Part shown: piece by piece, positions 12,050-25,593 of the stretch | How the letters are laid out: every line of letters starts with the position of its first letter | Position numbering within the stretch: position 1 is the first letter of the stretch | Assembly: GCA_047495785.1 (NCBI GenBank) | Contig: JBLDXI010000014.1 | Location: 434,001 to 498,000, forward strand | Length of the DNA: 64,000 nt | Direction of reading: 5' to 3' | DNA from: Lepidodermella squamata | Lineage: Eukaryota > Animalia > Gastrotricha | Program-made: the position numbers and the translations under genes | The notes under the pieces: generated by a model | What the model saw: the letters and a program-made list of their open reading frames with translations, nothing else | Database searches by the model: none | What the model was told of the DNA's origin: nothing

Positions 12050-14163
12050 TCAGTGTTGCTCCGCATTCCCGCCAGCTACTACCGCAGCTGCTGCCACCCC
12101 GGTTTCGGCCGGACGCTCCGGCTTCGGTTTGCGAATCTTGTTCTTCGGCTTCGGAGGGCGCTGTTGTTGCGGCTGTTGCGGTTGATTATGCTCGTCGTGC
12201 GCCGGCTCGTGCTTCGGACCTCCGTTCACCTTCTCCTGAAACTGATCTCCGCCGTCACTTTGGCGTCGTCGGTTGTTGTTGTTTCGGTTGCCACCGCCTC
12301 CGCGAGCAGCTTGACCATTTGTCTGCGGATTGCCGTTGGTAGGACCGTTTCCATTCGTCGCCGGGGCGCCGATAGGACCGTAGTTGGGCCGGCCTTTCCG
12401 CGGCTGTTGCATCAGGCGCGGCTGGCCTCCATTTCGATTGTCTTCGCCGTGGTGAAAGCCGTTCTGGTGGTGATTGTCGTGACTTGGCTCGTCCTCCGAT
12501 GCACTGATGTCGCCCATCCGACGACGCCCGGCATTCGGCCGCTCATTACCCTCTGTCCTTGGGCGCTGCGGCTTTGGAACACGACGGCCACGAGCCCCAC
12601 TGGGAGCACCTCCGTCAGTCGCATAGTGCTGTAGTTCGTCTCGTTCAATGTTATCGCGCGGGTAAGGGCGGGCGTGGAATGACGGGCGGGAGTTGCCGAC
12701 GACCGGCGACTTCGATCGCGACCCGTCTTGATCAAACGAATGCTGGTTGCGATAGCCGCCTCGATTTCCGCGGCCTCCTCGGCCAGACCCACTCCTGCCA
12801 CTTTCATAAGGTTGGAAGCGACCGCCATTTGCTCCATGGTACGAGTTGTGACCGTATTCATTGTGACCACCAATCTGCATACGACCCATGCTTTCACTCA
12901 TTTCGCGCTCTTGCTGTTCGAGACCGAGCATGTCACGCAGCTGATTGACATTGTAGTCCAACATCAGACGAGCGTTATCGATCGAAGCCCGAGTTCCGAT
13001 GAAAATGAACGGCACTTGAACTGAATCGCCCTCCTCGCCTTCGACGCGAACACGAAGAACGCCAGATTTGTCGACGATTTCCTGGACATTTCGACCGTTG
13101 CGGCCGATGATGCGTGCGATGAGTTCGCGTGGCACCAAAACAGCCTCTTCAGCGTATTCCAAAAGCGCACGAGCATCACGAACTGCCGACTCAGTTTGGC
13201 CGACGATGTGGAAACTATGTGCTTGATCGTCCAGCTCGATTGAAATAATACCTGGCAAATTACGAGCACGCTGAATGTTCACTCCTTGAGCACCAATTGC
13301 TAGGCCAATGAGTTGCTCAGGGACGGTAAATCGGTGCTGAACGTAGTTGCCGACAGGGCCTGACTCGTTCATCGATGAAAAACCTGGCTGCCTGCTGGAG
13401 GTCAGACGGCTTTTAATTGCCGTGCTCTGACGCAACATTTTGAAGTGAAGATCTGCAAGCATTTTGGCTTTGCTCATGGCCTCAGGCGTCAAGCTAGTTA
13501 TTTGAAGTGAATCGGTCTCTGGGACGAAACGAGCAGACAAAATGCCCGATGAAGCGATAAATTTGTCATGAACTCCAGATAATGCAGAGCTATTTGAAAT
13601 GAAATTAGCCATAGTTTCTCATACAAAGTCTTGCTTACGCTTCAACTGCATCGGCTGGAACCTTGATCGAGTCTTTGAGAATACTTTTATCTTTGAGTAT
13701 AGGGCTGAAAATATGAATGCCAGTAATGTAGTGAAGAAACTTCAAAACTGATGCTCACTTGGTATTCGGTGCGCGAACGTAGTCAGCATCGACTATATCG
13801 CTCTTTTCTACAGAGCCGACTTGATACTTGAAAACGCAGAAATCACCCTTCTTCGACATTATCTGTCCCCGAGCCCATAGCCCTGCATAAGGGTAGGTAT
13901 CAGGCTTAACAAATGCTTCAGCTGGGACGCCAGCCTGCTCAATTCGAGATTTCAGTGAAGGAGGTAAACGAACGCGGCTCATAGGAACTGTCATATCCTC
14001 AGAAGTTCCATCACTGCAAAGTCATTATAAATTATTATTTAATTATTCCTGATCAAATTTCAGCTTACCACTTGGGAAGGCTGACCAGTAAGTTTGAATT
14101 TTCAACGCTCTTGATAGCAGCTTTCGCGAACAAATTATCCTCAATCAAAACTTCGACTTCCAT
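12050..14163 (-). CDS. FMR1: Fragile X-related RNA-binding protein (Agenet/Tudor, KH domains, RG-rich tail)
   Basis: N-terminus MEVEVLIED..KA.IKSV. KH motifs 'IGLAIGAQGVNIQRAR' and 'IARIIGRNGRNVQEIVDKSGVLRVRVEG'. GRGGRG in the tail. Spliced over several short introns. Confidence 0.9.
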
Positions 14164-14376
14164 GATGGGCTTAGAAGGCACTTAACGATGATGATAATAC
14201 CTAACGATTAACTTCTAGGGTCAATAGAAAAGACAAATTTGAAAACTTGACGACACATCTAAAACATTGATATCGATTGGGTCACTGTAAAATAAAAGCC
14301 AATATTATAAATTTTCATTATTGAACAGTAGCGTAGAATTCCTATTTCCTAACAACCCTATTGCCGAAAATGAATT

Positions 14377-14405
14377 CTATCTGCTATCTGCTATCTGCTA
14401 TCTGC
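14377..14405. repeat. (CTATCTG)x4 tandem repeat between FMR1 and EFHC2
   Basis: ctatctgctatctgctatctgctatctgc read directly. Confidence 0.8.
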
Positions 14406-14926
14406 AAACATATTCCTACCGATGGTAACATTCATAATCGCAGAATAACGCATGCAAGACCTTTTAAACAGAAAAGTCACATAAGTTCAACCAAATTCGC
14501 CTAACCCTGTACGCCTAAGCGATGCATAGCTTAATTATATAACCTTGAGTTACTCATAAGTATAAACAATTTAAAATTGTCCCATTATTTGATGCATACT
14601 CAAGTTTAAGAGTTTTATGGATTTCAAGAAATGGATAATGGCTGATCAGTCTAGAAAATAGCAAATATATATTAGGTAATAAGTGCCGACGAATTACACT
14701 TGACAATCAGGAATTATCAGACGATACACCTCGAGCCTCGAGCGAGCCGCTTCGGTTCCAACTTCTTACTTCTTCATCGGCTCAGCGGAAAAATCTCGCC
14801 AAGCCGGACGCGCGAAAACATGCCAAAAATTGCTACTTTTTTCTTTTTGAAATGTAATTTTTATTTATACAAGGAAACAAATGCAAATTAAAATATTAAA
14901 TTGCATACAATATTTTGTAACAATTT

Positions 14927-14970
14927 GTGTCATAGCAACGAGTCGGCAATACGAGGCGGTACATGGAAAC
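14927..14970 (+). promoter_or_regulatory. Two X-box (RFX)-like sites upstream of EFHC2
   Basis: GTGTCATAGCAAC (14927-14939) and GGTACATGGAAAC (14958-14970) resemble GTNNC(N)RGNAAC upstream of a ciliary gene. Confidence 0.45.
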
Positions 14971-15091
14971 AAACCTTTAGCGCTTTTAGGTGACTTGATC
15001 GCTATGCTTGCGCAGCTGTCGAGATATTCTTACGCTTGCTATGAATTTGTGTATATTTTTATTTACTTTTAGGTCAACTTTATAATTGAAA

Positions 15092-17687
15092 ATGGCTCTG
15101 CCAAAACTTCCTGGCTACAACTTCGATTCCAACGTAAGACCGGCTACCCAGATTATTGATATTTTGTATATTCTTGACCAAACGATAGATCGGAAAAGAC
15201 AAATTCCACAAATCGCACCACTTTGATATCACAAATGAGGTCCCAGTCAATCTTAGCGAGAAGAAAGATGGCATCGGTGGCAATCCTCACGCTCTGCAAG
15301 ATTTGAAAAAACGATTCAGTAAAATTCCAAAAGGTAAGGCTAGAAAATATGAATAGGTATAATTTGACGCTGACTATCAAATAGGAGAAGGAAGTGCACT
15401 GCCCTCATGGGTAGCCTTCGACAAACAAGTTCTTTGTTTCGATGGATTCTTCCAAGAGACTGTCGTGGAACGCAGAGAGGAACAATATCGCGTGCGGCCG
15501 GTCAAAGTCATGTTTTATTTGGAAGACGATTCGATCCAAGTTATTGAACCTCGACTCAAGAACAGCGAATTAGCTCAAGGTAAAGTGTCATGAGGTCAGA
15601 ATCATTTTGAATTACAAAAATATATGCCACAGGAACGCTAATTAAGCGTCATCGAATCCCCAAGCCCGCTCCTCGAGAGGATGAGTGGTACACTGTAGAT
15701 GACCTCAATGTTGGAAACGAGCTACTGTTCTATGGTCGAAAGTACAAGCTTGTCGGCTGTGATCAATTCACATACAAGTGAGAGAAATCTGTCATTTGTG
15801 CGGGAGCGTTTAAACATTACGATTGATTTTCAGTTTCTTACGGCGGCTTGGCGTAGCTGTTGGAGATCAACAGCCTATTCCAGACGATCCATACATGAAA
15901 TACCGCAAGGCCCTTGACGAAAGCATGTCACCACTCCGTCCATACGAACGCAAAGACTCTTTGAAACAATTTTTGGATCATGATCGCCATGTTCTCCGTT
16001 TTTTTGCTGTCTGGGACGACCGAGATAGCATGTTTGGCGATCTCCACCGCGTGGAAGTCCATTACTTTTTAGCCGATGACACAGTCGAAATTCTCGAAGT
16101 TTTACCGCCAAACTCGGGCCGCGACAAGGTCCCCATGTTTTTGCGCCGGTAAATCTTTGCATTATTTTCCGTCTGTTTTTACCCGTTGATCCGTTAGATG
16201 CCGCTTGCCTAAAGATGTGCCGGCCTTGCCAAAGCCTGGTGAAATGACTGATAGAACTGTTCTGAATGTCTTTGGCCCGATGGGGCGCGGTAGTCGTTAT
16301 ATTCTTGACCCCCTCAAGGTAAATTCATAAAGAAAACCAAAATTGATGACTATAAATTCCTTATTAGACCGGGCAAAAAGTAATCGAGTATTATAAAGAT
16401 TCAGATCTTCGCATCGGAGCTGTCATCAACGCATTCGGTCGCAAGGTTCTGCTCGTTGATGCCGACGACTTCACGCGTGCTCACTATGCTACTAAATATT
16501 GCGTCACGGATATGCCTGCAATCGAATACGAAGCACCGCAAGCACCCAATAAGCAGCGCGAAAATCCGCCGTACACTGGCTTTGGCAGCGAAGAAGATTC
16601 GCTATCGTCTTGCAAGGGCATGCTGCCCAAACCTCCTCAGAAGGATTTCGTAAAATTCATGCTGAAGGATCGACGAGGCTTGGAATCTAATACTCTTCGT
16701 TACCTGGCTCGACTCATTACAGACAAACCAATTGACAAAACTCGGAGATTTATTATCAGCTATTTTCTGTCAGACGACACCATCCTCATCTACGAACCTC
16801 CAGTACGCAACTCGGGTGTTCAAGGCGGCAAATTTTTGGAACGCCAGCGTATTAAGAAATCTGTTGGCGTTTCTTACTCAACAAAGCCATCAGAGTATTA
16901 CCTTGCTACCGATTTGTACGTCGGTGCTCGCATTAATCTTAACGCGTTTGTTTTCGAACTTTTCGACGCCGACGAATACGCCTATGCTTACATGGAGAAA
17001 AATGCCGATCAATTCCCGATCGCAGATACGCGACGCATTATGTCAAGATTATGCCCGTGCCTTGTGGCCAACCGCGATGCCGTTTGGACGTCTTTTATCC
17101 AAATGGACCCAAGCAATCAGGGAGTTGTTAATTACGGCGCCTTCCGTCACTTCTTACAGCAACTTATGGGCGCATCCGATGCAGCCCTAACTGAGCACGA
17201 GACAGTTACTCTCGCTCGCTGCTACGCTCAGCCAGAGGCGTCTCGTTTCACTAGCAAGCAAGAAGTCGTCGCGATGATGCAACAGCAACTTCGCCGTCAG
17301 AATTTCGACATGATTGCCAACAAGATTTACGAGAGAATGGTGCAGGAAGACGCAGCCAAGTCAGGCTTCTTGCCGCCTGATAATTTGATTCGAATTTTCA
17401 AATCGTGTCACGTGCCAATCGAAATCGGTCTGGTCGAAGCGCTTTTCAGCACCCAGAACTGCATCGGTAAAAACTCGGCTGGTTTCATCGACTACCGCGA
17501 GCTTGTGGCTTGTCTCGATTGGAAAGCTTGCGGCTTACCTGTTACGTCAAAAGATGGGACGACCCCAGTTGCTCCGGATGTCTCGGGCTGGCCAGAAGAC
17601 AAACCACAATACGAGCGGCTCGGTATTCAATACCGTCGAATGCTTGCCGATTGCGGCTTGGCGGAGCAACAAACATCGCAACAATAA
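15092..17687 (+). CDS. EFHC2: EF-hand domain-containing protein 2 (three DM10 domains; Rib72 family ciliary microtubule inner protein)
   Basis: MALPKLPGYNF..IGKDKFHKSHHF. DM10 motifs 'FDKQVLCFDGFF', 'VLRFFAVWDD..YFLADDTVEI', 'FIISYFLSDDTILIYEPPVRNSGVQGGKFLER'. Confidence 0.9.
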
Positions 17688-19079
17688 TTGATTGCAAAGC
17701 CGGAGGAACATTACTAAATATTTTCGTTATAGCCTCGCCGTATTTGAATTTTATTTTCTTTGTCAGTAAACATTTTTTAGTTCAAATCAAATGCATACGA
17801 TATTTTCTCTGCTAAATAGCTTATATTATAAATTGATATTATCCCTTGAAAATCAAAATCGGGAAAATGAGATCGATTGCAACTGCTTTACAGCGGAATA
17901 CTGAATGAAAATTGTGATATTATTGGTAAATAACATCGCGGATGATCGCACGTGATAATTTTATTAAGATTGTTAAATAATATGTCTCAAGTCTAATAAC
18001 AAATAAAGTTATCTGATTATACGCGTTGTCGTGAGTGCCAGCTCACATCTTTAAGACATGCATCCGAAGGTAGCACTACCGGCAGTTTAATCTTAAAAAA
18101 AAACAGCACTTTGAAATGCAAAGGCAGGAGAAAATATTTAATTATCCTGACACGTTCTTCTATCAACATCACGAGTTTCAGGTCGAACACATGATTATTA
18201 CACTACCTAACGGTTAAGGCGATAGTGCCGATGATGATGAAGCCTGGCATGACAGTGAAAAAATGATGATGATGAAAAATGATGATTTAAGCAGCACCTA
18301 TAATACTTACACGCTCGAGCGGCGTCAAGAATTACGGAGCCGGGTCCTACGTGGTCACTTATGCGCAGCGAGGGTGATCGTCAGGTCCTGCGGCGCAAAC
18401 ACTATATTCCGACGACGTGGTGGCGTTGAAAGATCGCGAAACAAATAATATTATTATTTTGTACGTTTGTTTATGTACACGAAATGTTCCTCTAATACTA
18501 TGCTCCTTAAAAAGTTGCTCATTAGCCGTGTTAATTTTAATATTAATGGCGCTACTAGTAATATGTGGCAGTTAGTTGGAGGCGCCAACTGTCTATTCAC
18601 GTTTGTAGAGAGTGGACGAACGCAACAACCTCAAGTCCAAGCAACCTTACCGCATGTTAGTGTGAACATGGTTTCGCTCGCTCGCTCTCTTCTAGAACAA
18701 TTATGCCGTATATTTATTATAGCAATACCTAGCGTTTTTTGCGGCGCGGCTCTCGTTGCCGTATTGATGAGAAAAAACGGTGACAATGGCGCGAAGCTTA
18801 ACGTGACACTGCCGTTGAAAATCGTTCGGCGGCGTGAGCCGAAAATTAGGCCCACTCAATCACTTCAAGGAACCTATTTTCACATCCCATTTCCACACCA
18901 CATGCGATTGCCACTTTGAAATGCTGCCCGTGTTAAATGTGGGGTGATGTAACTCTAGAAATGACCGCGTTTTAAGTTCCATAAAAACTAGTAACAATAT
19001 AAATGTTTTAATGGCAATGCGATGATTTCTTCAATCGATATATTCATTTTCGCTTTTTTATAGGGTTATTGGTTGAATC

Positions 19080-20605
19080 ATGTTTAAGGCCGTTCTAGTT
19101 GCCTGCCTTGTAGGCAGCGCTCTCTGTAAGTTTGCTTAATTTCTTCCTTTTTCCGGACACAATAATTTTGTGGTGAATAGCCCAGGGTTACTGGGGAGGA
19201 CAGCAGGTTGGTCAAGCTGGTCAAGCAGCCCAGCAGGGTAACCAGGGCCGCCAGGCGGCTGCGCAGAGCCAGGGTGGTTACGGAACCGCTGGTGGCGCTC
19301 GTGGCGCCCAGGCTGCACAGGCCGCCGATGCTACGGCCGAGGCCCAAATGTCGCAACATGGTGCCCAAGCATCGCGTGTCGAAGCTTCGGCCGCTAATAA
19401 CGCCGAAGCTGTCGCCGGCGTGCGCCGTCGCCAATCGGTTCTCCTCGCTGCCGATCAGGAGGAGGGTGCTGGATTCGAGGGCCAGGCCACGTCATCAGGC
19501 AGCGCTGGAGGAGGTGGTGCTCGTGCCGCTTCTGGTTTCTGCAACGGCATTCCTATGACAGGAAACCAGTAAGATTCAAATTAAGACGGCTAATCAACAA
19601 TATATCTTGAAATGTTTTAGACACCTTTGCTGCGATGGCCAATACTATGGCGTAATTATTATCAATAATCGGAGACGCGGAAATGAGTGTTTATTTTAAT
19701 TAGGATACTTGGTCAGAGCTTAGCTGCTGCGGCAACTCGGTTTACGACAGCCGATTTTACGGTAATATAAAAAAATTTGGTTAACCCGGAAATTGAACAC
19801 TGCTCTGCCGATAGGATGCAAGAACAACGTTATGGCGCCTCTTTACCGCCCGACCAGTCTTCAGTCTTCCGATCTTACATCTGCTGGTCTTCGGTAAGAA
19901 TTACTCCATAATTTTCGTATTCAATTAATCCAACTTGTAATCATAGCCCAACTCGCCTTTGCGGTAATTACGTCTGGCAAATGTACAACGCCCCGTACGA
20001 ACTCTGCTGCGACGGTGTTCATTACCCGAACCCGTACGGCAACTACGGTTGCTGCGGCGCCCGTGCCTTCGACTCGCGCTACTACAACTGCGGCGTAGGT
20101 TGAACGCGATGCTTCATTAACACCATGAATGACCGTTTTTACACGCCCACAGCATGATACTGTCAAGCAGAGGTGGTATGTTTACAAGCGCTCGACCTTC
20201 GTGCTGGCTGCCACTGAGGAGCTCGAGGCTGTCGGTTCGCGTAAGGAGTCTGGCGTTGGCCGCCTGACCGCCGAGGAGGGCGCCGTCAGTGGCTCGCAAG
20301 CGTCGGCTCGCGAGACCCAGGGACAACAGGCTGCCGCCGCCCAGCGCGAGGCCGAGCTCGCCGCCCAGGCTGGCCAGGCTGAGCAGGCTGCCCAGGCTGA
20401 ACAGGCTGCCGAAGCCGAGGCCGGAAATGGTTACGGAGCTGGTGCCAACGGCTATGGTGCTAACGGTTACGGTGCCGGTTACGGTAACAACTTCGGCGCT
20501 GCGCCTTTCGGCTACGGTGCTGGTATTGGCGGCGGTTTCGGTGGATATGGCCCTGCCGGAGGAGCCGTCCGTGGAGCTTTCCCTGTCGGTTTCGGCAAGA
20601 AGTAA
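19080..20605 (+). CDS. Secreted galaxin-like (di-cysteine repeat) protein with Ala/Gln/Gly- and Gly-Tyr-rich flanks
   Basis: Signal peptide MFKAVLVACLVGSALS. Spliced 'LCCDG..SCCGNSVYDSRFYGC..LCCDGVHYPNPYGNYGCCGARAFDSRYYNC'. GYGA repeats. Ends FGKK-stop. Confidence 0.7.
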
Positions 20606-21133
20606 ACCCAGAATGTACAAAAATCACCACCGCCGTTTTTCATCACCTTCACACTGCCGCTGCTTTATTTTCAGTTAAACGAAGAAACTAACTCTCGTTA
20701 CCTTGTGAAACGATTTACTGTAGTGATTTTACTTAGCTGGTGATGCTTTGGGCTACACAGAAGGCCAAGCATAAGTGCCTGAAATACTATTTTAATACTC
20801 GACGAATTTGAAATTAAAGAAAGAGAATTACGAAGAGCTCCTATTGTCTGGGCGGTGTGTGATGTCTTTAAAACGGAATAAAAATTATTCGGCAACTCTA
20901 TTAAAAAATCTCAAAATGTGGAAAGTAAATTTGATCTGAAAGTTTTCCGAGTGATAATAATTGAGTATACAAGAACTGCAGGTTCAAATTAAAACAGTTA
21001 TTTTATTTCTTCAATCTATTGATATAAGTGCAATTTTATTGCGTTACTAGAATAGTTACAATGTCGCGATTGACATTTACTTTGATATGAGTTAGACTCA
21101 AAGCAGCAAAGCGCCATCAGTTGATTTGATGTT

Positions 21134-22572
21134 TTAATGATGACGTTTATCAGCTTGGACTTGGGCGAGGACTTGCGGTACAAATTGCTGAACAAGCTAA
21201 ATAAAGATACTTCAGTTAGACCGCACATCACACAAATAGTACTAGCAAATTTACCGATTGCGCGAAAGGATGGCTGAAGTTGGGAATCTTCGCGTGGGCA
21301 GCTTCAAGTTCCTTATGCGCCTTATTGCCACCGACCGGGTGAACATGAAGCCGCTGGGCGTGAGCGAAGCCGAGGTGGGGCTGGTGATAGTTAACGAGAG
21401 GACCATGATGCGCGACTGGCACGTTTGCGTAAGTTCTGTATCCAGGAACGATCAAGTCGTGGTGAACCTCGTGGCTGCCTTTCTTGACCTTGACAGCCGG
21501 GACGATATCGGCGCTGTGGAGTTCCTTGCCAATGCGAACAGGTGCAGGAACAACAGGGAAATAAGGTCCTCCCCAGTGAGAAACCAACTGCGGGTGGTGG
21601 AAATGATCGTGATGATGATACGGGCCTTCAATGAGAATGATTTTCTTCTCGGGCGAGCAGCGGTACCAACGTGAATCTTCAGGATTTGATGGAAATGTTA
21701 TTAACGGTTTTGAAAAAATCTTTCAGGCTTACCGAAGCAGCGGGACGCGCAGCATCCGTAGTAGAGATGGGGGTTGGGGAAATAGTGGCCATCACAGCAG
21801 AGATCGTATTGCGAAAAGGCAGGTAGGGAAATGGTTCCGCATTTGTGAGGGCTTAAGAACATCAAATCTCTCAGTGACGGCGACAGCAAAAAATGAGCTA
21901 CTCACGCTTCGTTTTGATCGAAAGCGATCCGTGCATTTCCGCTTCCATAACGACCGCTGGTGAATGATCGCCAGTCAACCTCGTAGGATGGACGGAAGAG
22001 GGGCACAATTCTACAACATCAAAGGCAAATCAATTTGACGCAGAATTTCGATTGTGTTTTCTCATTTCAGACTTTCGAGTTCTAACGCTTGCTGTTAGAT
22101 GCAGAACTGAGATTCTTGAAACGGATTTTGCTGTTGAAAAATTAAACCCGCTTACGTTTTTCCTCCGTTGCAAGAGTAAAGGCGATGATCGTAAATGTTC
22201 AGTCCGCAGCAGTTCAAGCTTTCGACAACATCGTCGTAGAACAAGCCGCCACAGCAGAATGAGCGGCGATGGCCAAAGTTGAAAGCTCGGAAAGCTGGAC
22301 CTCCGCAATCGTAGCGTGGATGGCGGCGGTGCTCGTGCGAGGCCGAGTCGCTGACTCGCCAAGGATAACGGGACAATTCACCGCCAAACCAAACGTCACG
22401 CTCATCACTCGCGCTGTTGTGATGGGCGAAATAGCGGCGCGGCCGGCCGATCTCGCCACCAGCTGTAAGTTGGGCAATGTCAAAAAAATCGAAACCTCAG
22501 GCGTGGAAACTCAATACCGTAAGCTGCGGATATCAAAGCCGCCAAGCATAGCGTTGCCTGAACGATAACCAT
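21134..22572 (-). CDS. Secreted galaxin-like (di-cysteine repeat) protein with His-rich C-terminus
   Basis: Signal peptide MVIVQATLCLAALISAAYG. 'FCCGGLFYD..NCCGLNIYDHRLYSC..LCCDGHYFPNPHLYYGCCASRCFDSRWYRC'. His/Val/Pro-rich tail ending KRHH-stop. Confidence 0.7.
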
Positions 22573-23782
22573 GCTTTTCAAAAGGCCAATTCTCCCTAAA
22601 TAATGTTATTAAATTGTAAATATTACAATTCACGACGATGATAAATATAAAAAATGATCGTGCTTAAATTGAAGTTGCGTTTAAGATGGAATGCAACCAA
22701 CTGCCAAATTTGAGCGAATCGGCGCGTATAATAAGCCCGCGTGAGGACAATGGTACAACGATAACCTTAGATAACGTAAACATGTTTTGTTGCCCAGGCT
22801 TTGCTGTATAACCGCTCTTTGTAAGTCACTTTTTCTCCTCACATCGCCTTATTTTTTTGCGAGGAAACGTCGTTGCCTTTCAGTTTTCATCAGCGGTTTT
22901 GCCGTAATTCTCCTCGAAATAACAAAAGAATTCCTGCTTTTTAGCTTAAATTAACGGCTCCGGCTCGCTCTGGTCACGCGCTTACCTTGATGCGCTTACT
23001 CATTTGATGCGCGTGTCTCTCTCTCTCAACTTTCAATTTTTCACGTTTCTTGTTCATCTTAAATTACTTCGCAATGAAAAACAATAGATATGTAAATGCG
23101 GTTTATTTTAATAGAGCGCCATAGTTGACGTAATTAACTTCACACCATAATACAGCGCTGAATTGCTTTGTAATAATTTTCAATAATTAATCAACAATTT
23201 TTCATGACAGACAAAGAACTGCACAAAATGGCAACGATTTATCACCAAAGCCTTACAACAATCTCAATTAGAGGGCGAAGGATTAACATCACAGATTATC
23301 ATTTTTTATAGCAGAAAAAAATCTTCAATTTTTAATATTTTGATATCAATTAGGCACTTCGGAAAGAGGTAACAATGCGCAAATGTAAACGCATCGTATC
23401 ACAATAATTGTGCGCAGTGCGTAACGAGGCTTCGTTAAGTTTTGCTATACTTCTTCCAATCACGATCATTCGAAGAAACTAATATCAACATAAATATCGC
23501 AAACAAATCGTGATCGAAATTATAGGGGGAATTGAAATCACGTAAAAAGTATGTATTAAGTAGAGATAATATATAATACTTTTCGTGTATCGCAAATCGA
23601 GTAGCGAGCTAGTTGTTTATTATCAGAGAATGATACACGTAGCAGACAAGCCATTAGTAGCATTCGAAACTGCACTTGATCGAAATTATAAGCGTATTAT
23701 AGGGTGACATGTGCACATTATTCCAGTAACATTCAAGGTATATTACCATTTTCAACACAGACGTAGCGCCATGAATTGAAGC

Positions 23783-25593
23783 CTATTTCCACAAGCGGCA
23801 TGTGTTATCTTTGCTGCCAGTGATAATAACAGTCCCTTCGTAATTGAATGCACAGGAAAACACTTCATCCGTATGCCCCTCTAAAACTTGCTCCACTGTT
23901 CCACTTTCTGGATCCCACAGTCTAGCCGTATGATCGGCGCTGCCCGTGAGAATACGATTTCCCTGGGGGTTGAAGACAACTTTGGAAACTTCACCTTCGT
24001 GGCCTTCCATTTTCGAAATCAAATTGTGAGTTCGGGCGTCGTAGCATCGCGCTGTTGAGTCGGTGCTAGCTGTAGCGACCAATCGGCCAGATAAATCGAA
24101 GCTAACATCAAGAACTTCTCCAGCATGCCCTTCAAGAGTCCCAATACATTTCGCATCGTAGTTGTTTTGTGCGCTGTTTCCACCGCTACCACCAGTGAAA
24201 TGCCAAAGCCTGCAACTCTGATCCATGCTTGCAGTGGCTACCATCGAACAATCCCAATTAAACACAGCACTGCTTACTTCTGCTCGATGCCCAACCAGGA
24301 CACTCACACGCCTATAAGCAGATAAAGCATATAGAACACATACTGAAATGTACACATTGTTTCTTACTCTCCAGATCGGATGTCCCATAGGGACGCCGTG
24401 TTGTCAAACGATCCAGTGAGAATTAAATTCCCCTGAGCGTTTACGGCGATAGAAACAACCTCCGCTGTATGGCCCTGGCAAAAAATTATGAATTAAAATG
24501 TTAAAAATATATTTCCAAGCTTACTTTGAGAACGCCAGTTTCTTGACCAGTTTCTACACTCCATATTCTAGCCGTCGTATCCATGCTGCTAGTTATAACC
24601 GACGTGCTTTGAGGATTAAATGTCACCGAGATCTGAAGTTATAATAATTTCAAGCATTGGATCATCATGAATCATGAGAGAAGCATGTGCATACAATTTC
24701 AGCTGTGTGGCCGCGGTATACATGATAGCATTTTCCCGTTTCTGCATTCCATAATCGACATGTTTTGTCAAAGGAACCGGTGGCGATTTTGTCACTACGA
24801 TGAATGCACAATACAATGAGCAGCTTGACTGTATGTAACGAATTTACATCCTTGTATAATTTACCTATATGGAGTATTGAATGCGATTCCGTAGACAATG
24901 TTTGAGTGGCCTTCAAGGGTATGCAGCTCTTCGCCTGATGCAGTGTCCCAAACTTTGCAAGTTCTGTCGTAACTTCCAGTGATGAATCTGAATAAAGATG
25001 AGTAATTTGTTTGCCATTTGTAAAAGCAATATACCGTGTGCCGGCTTTATCAAAACAGCAATTAGTCAATGGAAGAAGATGTGCTTTGCAGACCTATTAA
25101 TAAAATACGTCATAGCCTAGTCTTCATCAACTTGAAACAAATATATTACCTTGAACAAATAGAAACGATGACCTTTCGTCTGGGTCAACTTTTCTTGAAG
25201 GCCTATAAACATGGTATTTTAAAGGATCGGCCTTTTATGGCAAAAATCTGAAATCATACGTATCACCAGACGTCGCACTTGATCGACCTTTGATGGTGTA
25301 ATAAGTGGCTCCTTTTGGATAATATCATCGACGATTTGCTCAACGTCGCTCCTAAGAATGACAAATGATATCTTGAAGACCATTTATAAAAGCTGAATCG
25401 ACATATTACTCGGGACGCAGATCAACAAGATCAATGCTTCGCATTTTCGTTGTGCCATTTTGTTCGTATTCCAGACTGATTCCTGTTCAACGGAAGAGCC
25501 ATTAAACAAAGCGCACAAAAGACAATCATAAAAACTGCAATACAGAAACTTACCCGGAGGAAAGTAACGTAACAAAAATCGTCTGAGTTTCAT
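23783..25593 (-). CDS. DAW1: Dynein assembly factor with WD repeats 1 (WDR69/ODA16)
   Basis: Diagnostic N-terminus [14 protein letters not shown], multiple WD40 repeats, C-terminus '[14 protein letters not shown]'. Confidence 0.93.

Noticed and set aside
11993-12948. + strand ORFs over FMR1 (likewise 43765-44433 over NOC2)
   Set aside because: Antisense shadows of low-complexity coding regions.
18263-18919. ORFs upstream of the first galaxin-like gene
   Set aside because: No motifs and AT-rich composition; more likely promoter or 5' intron sequence.
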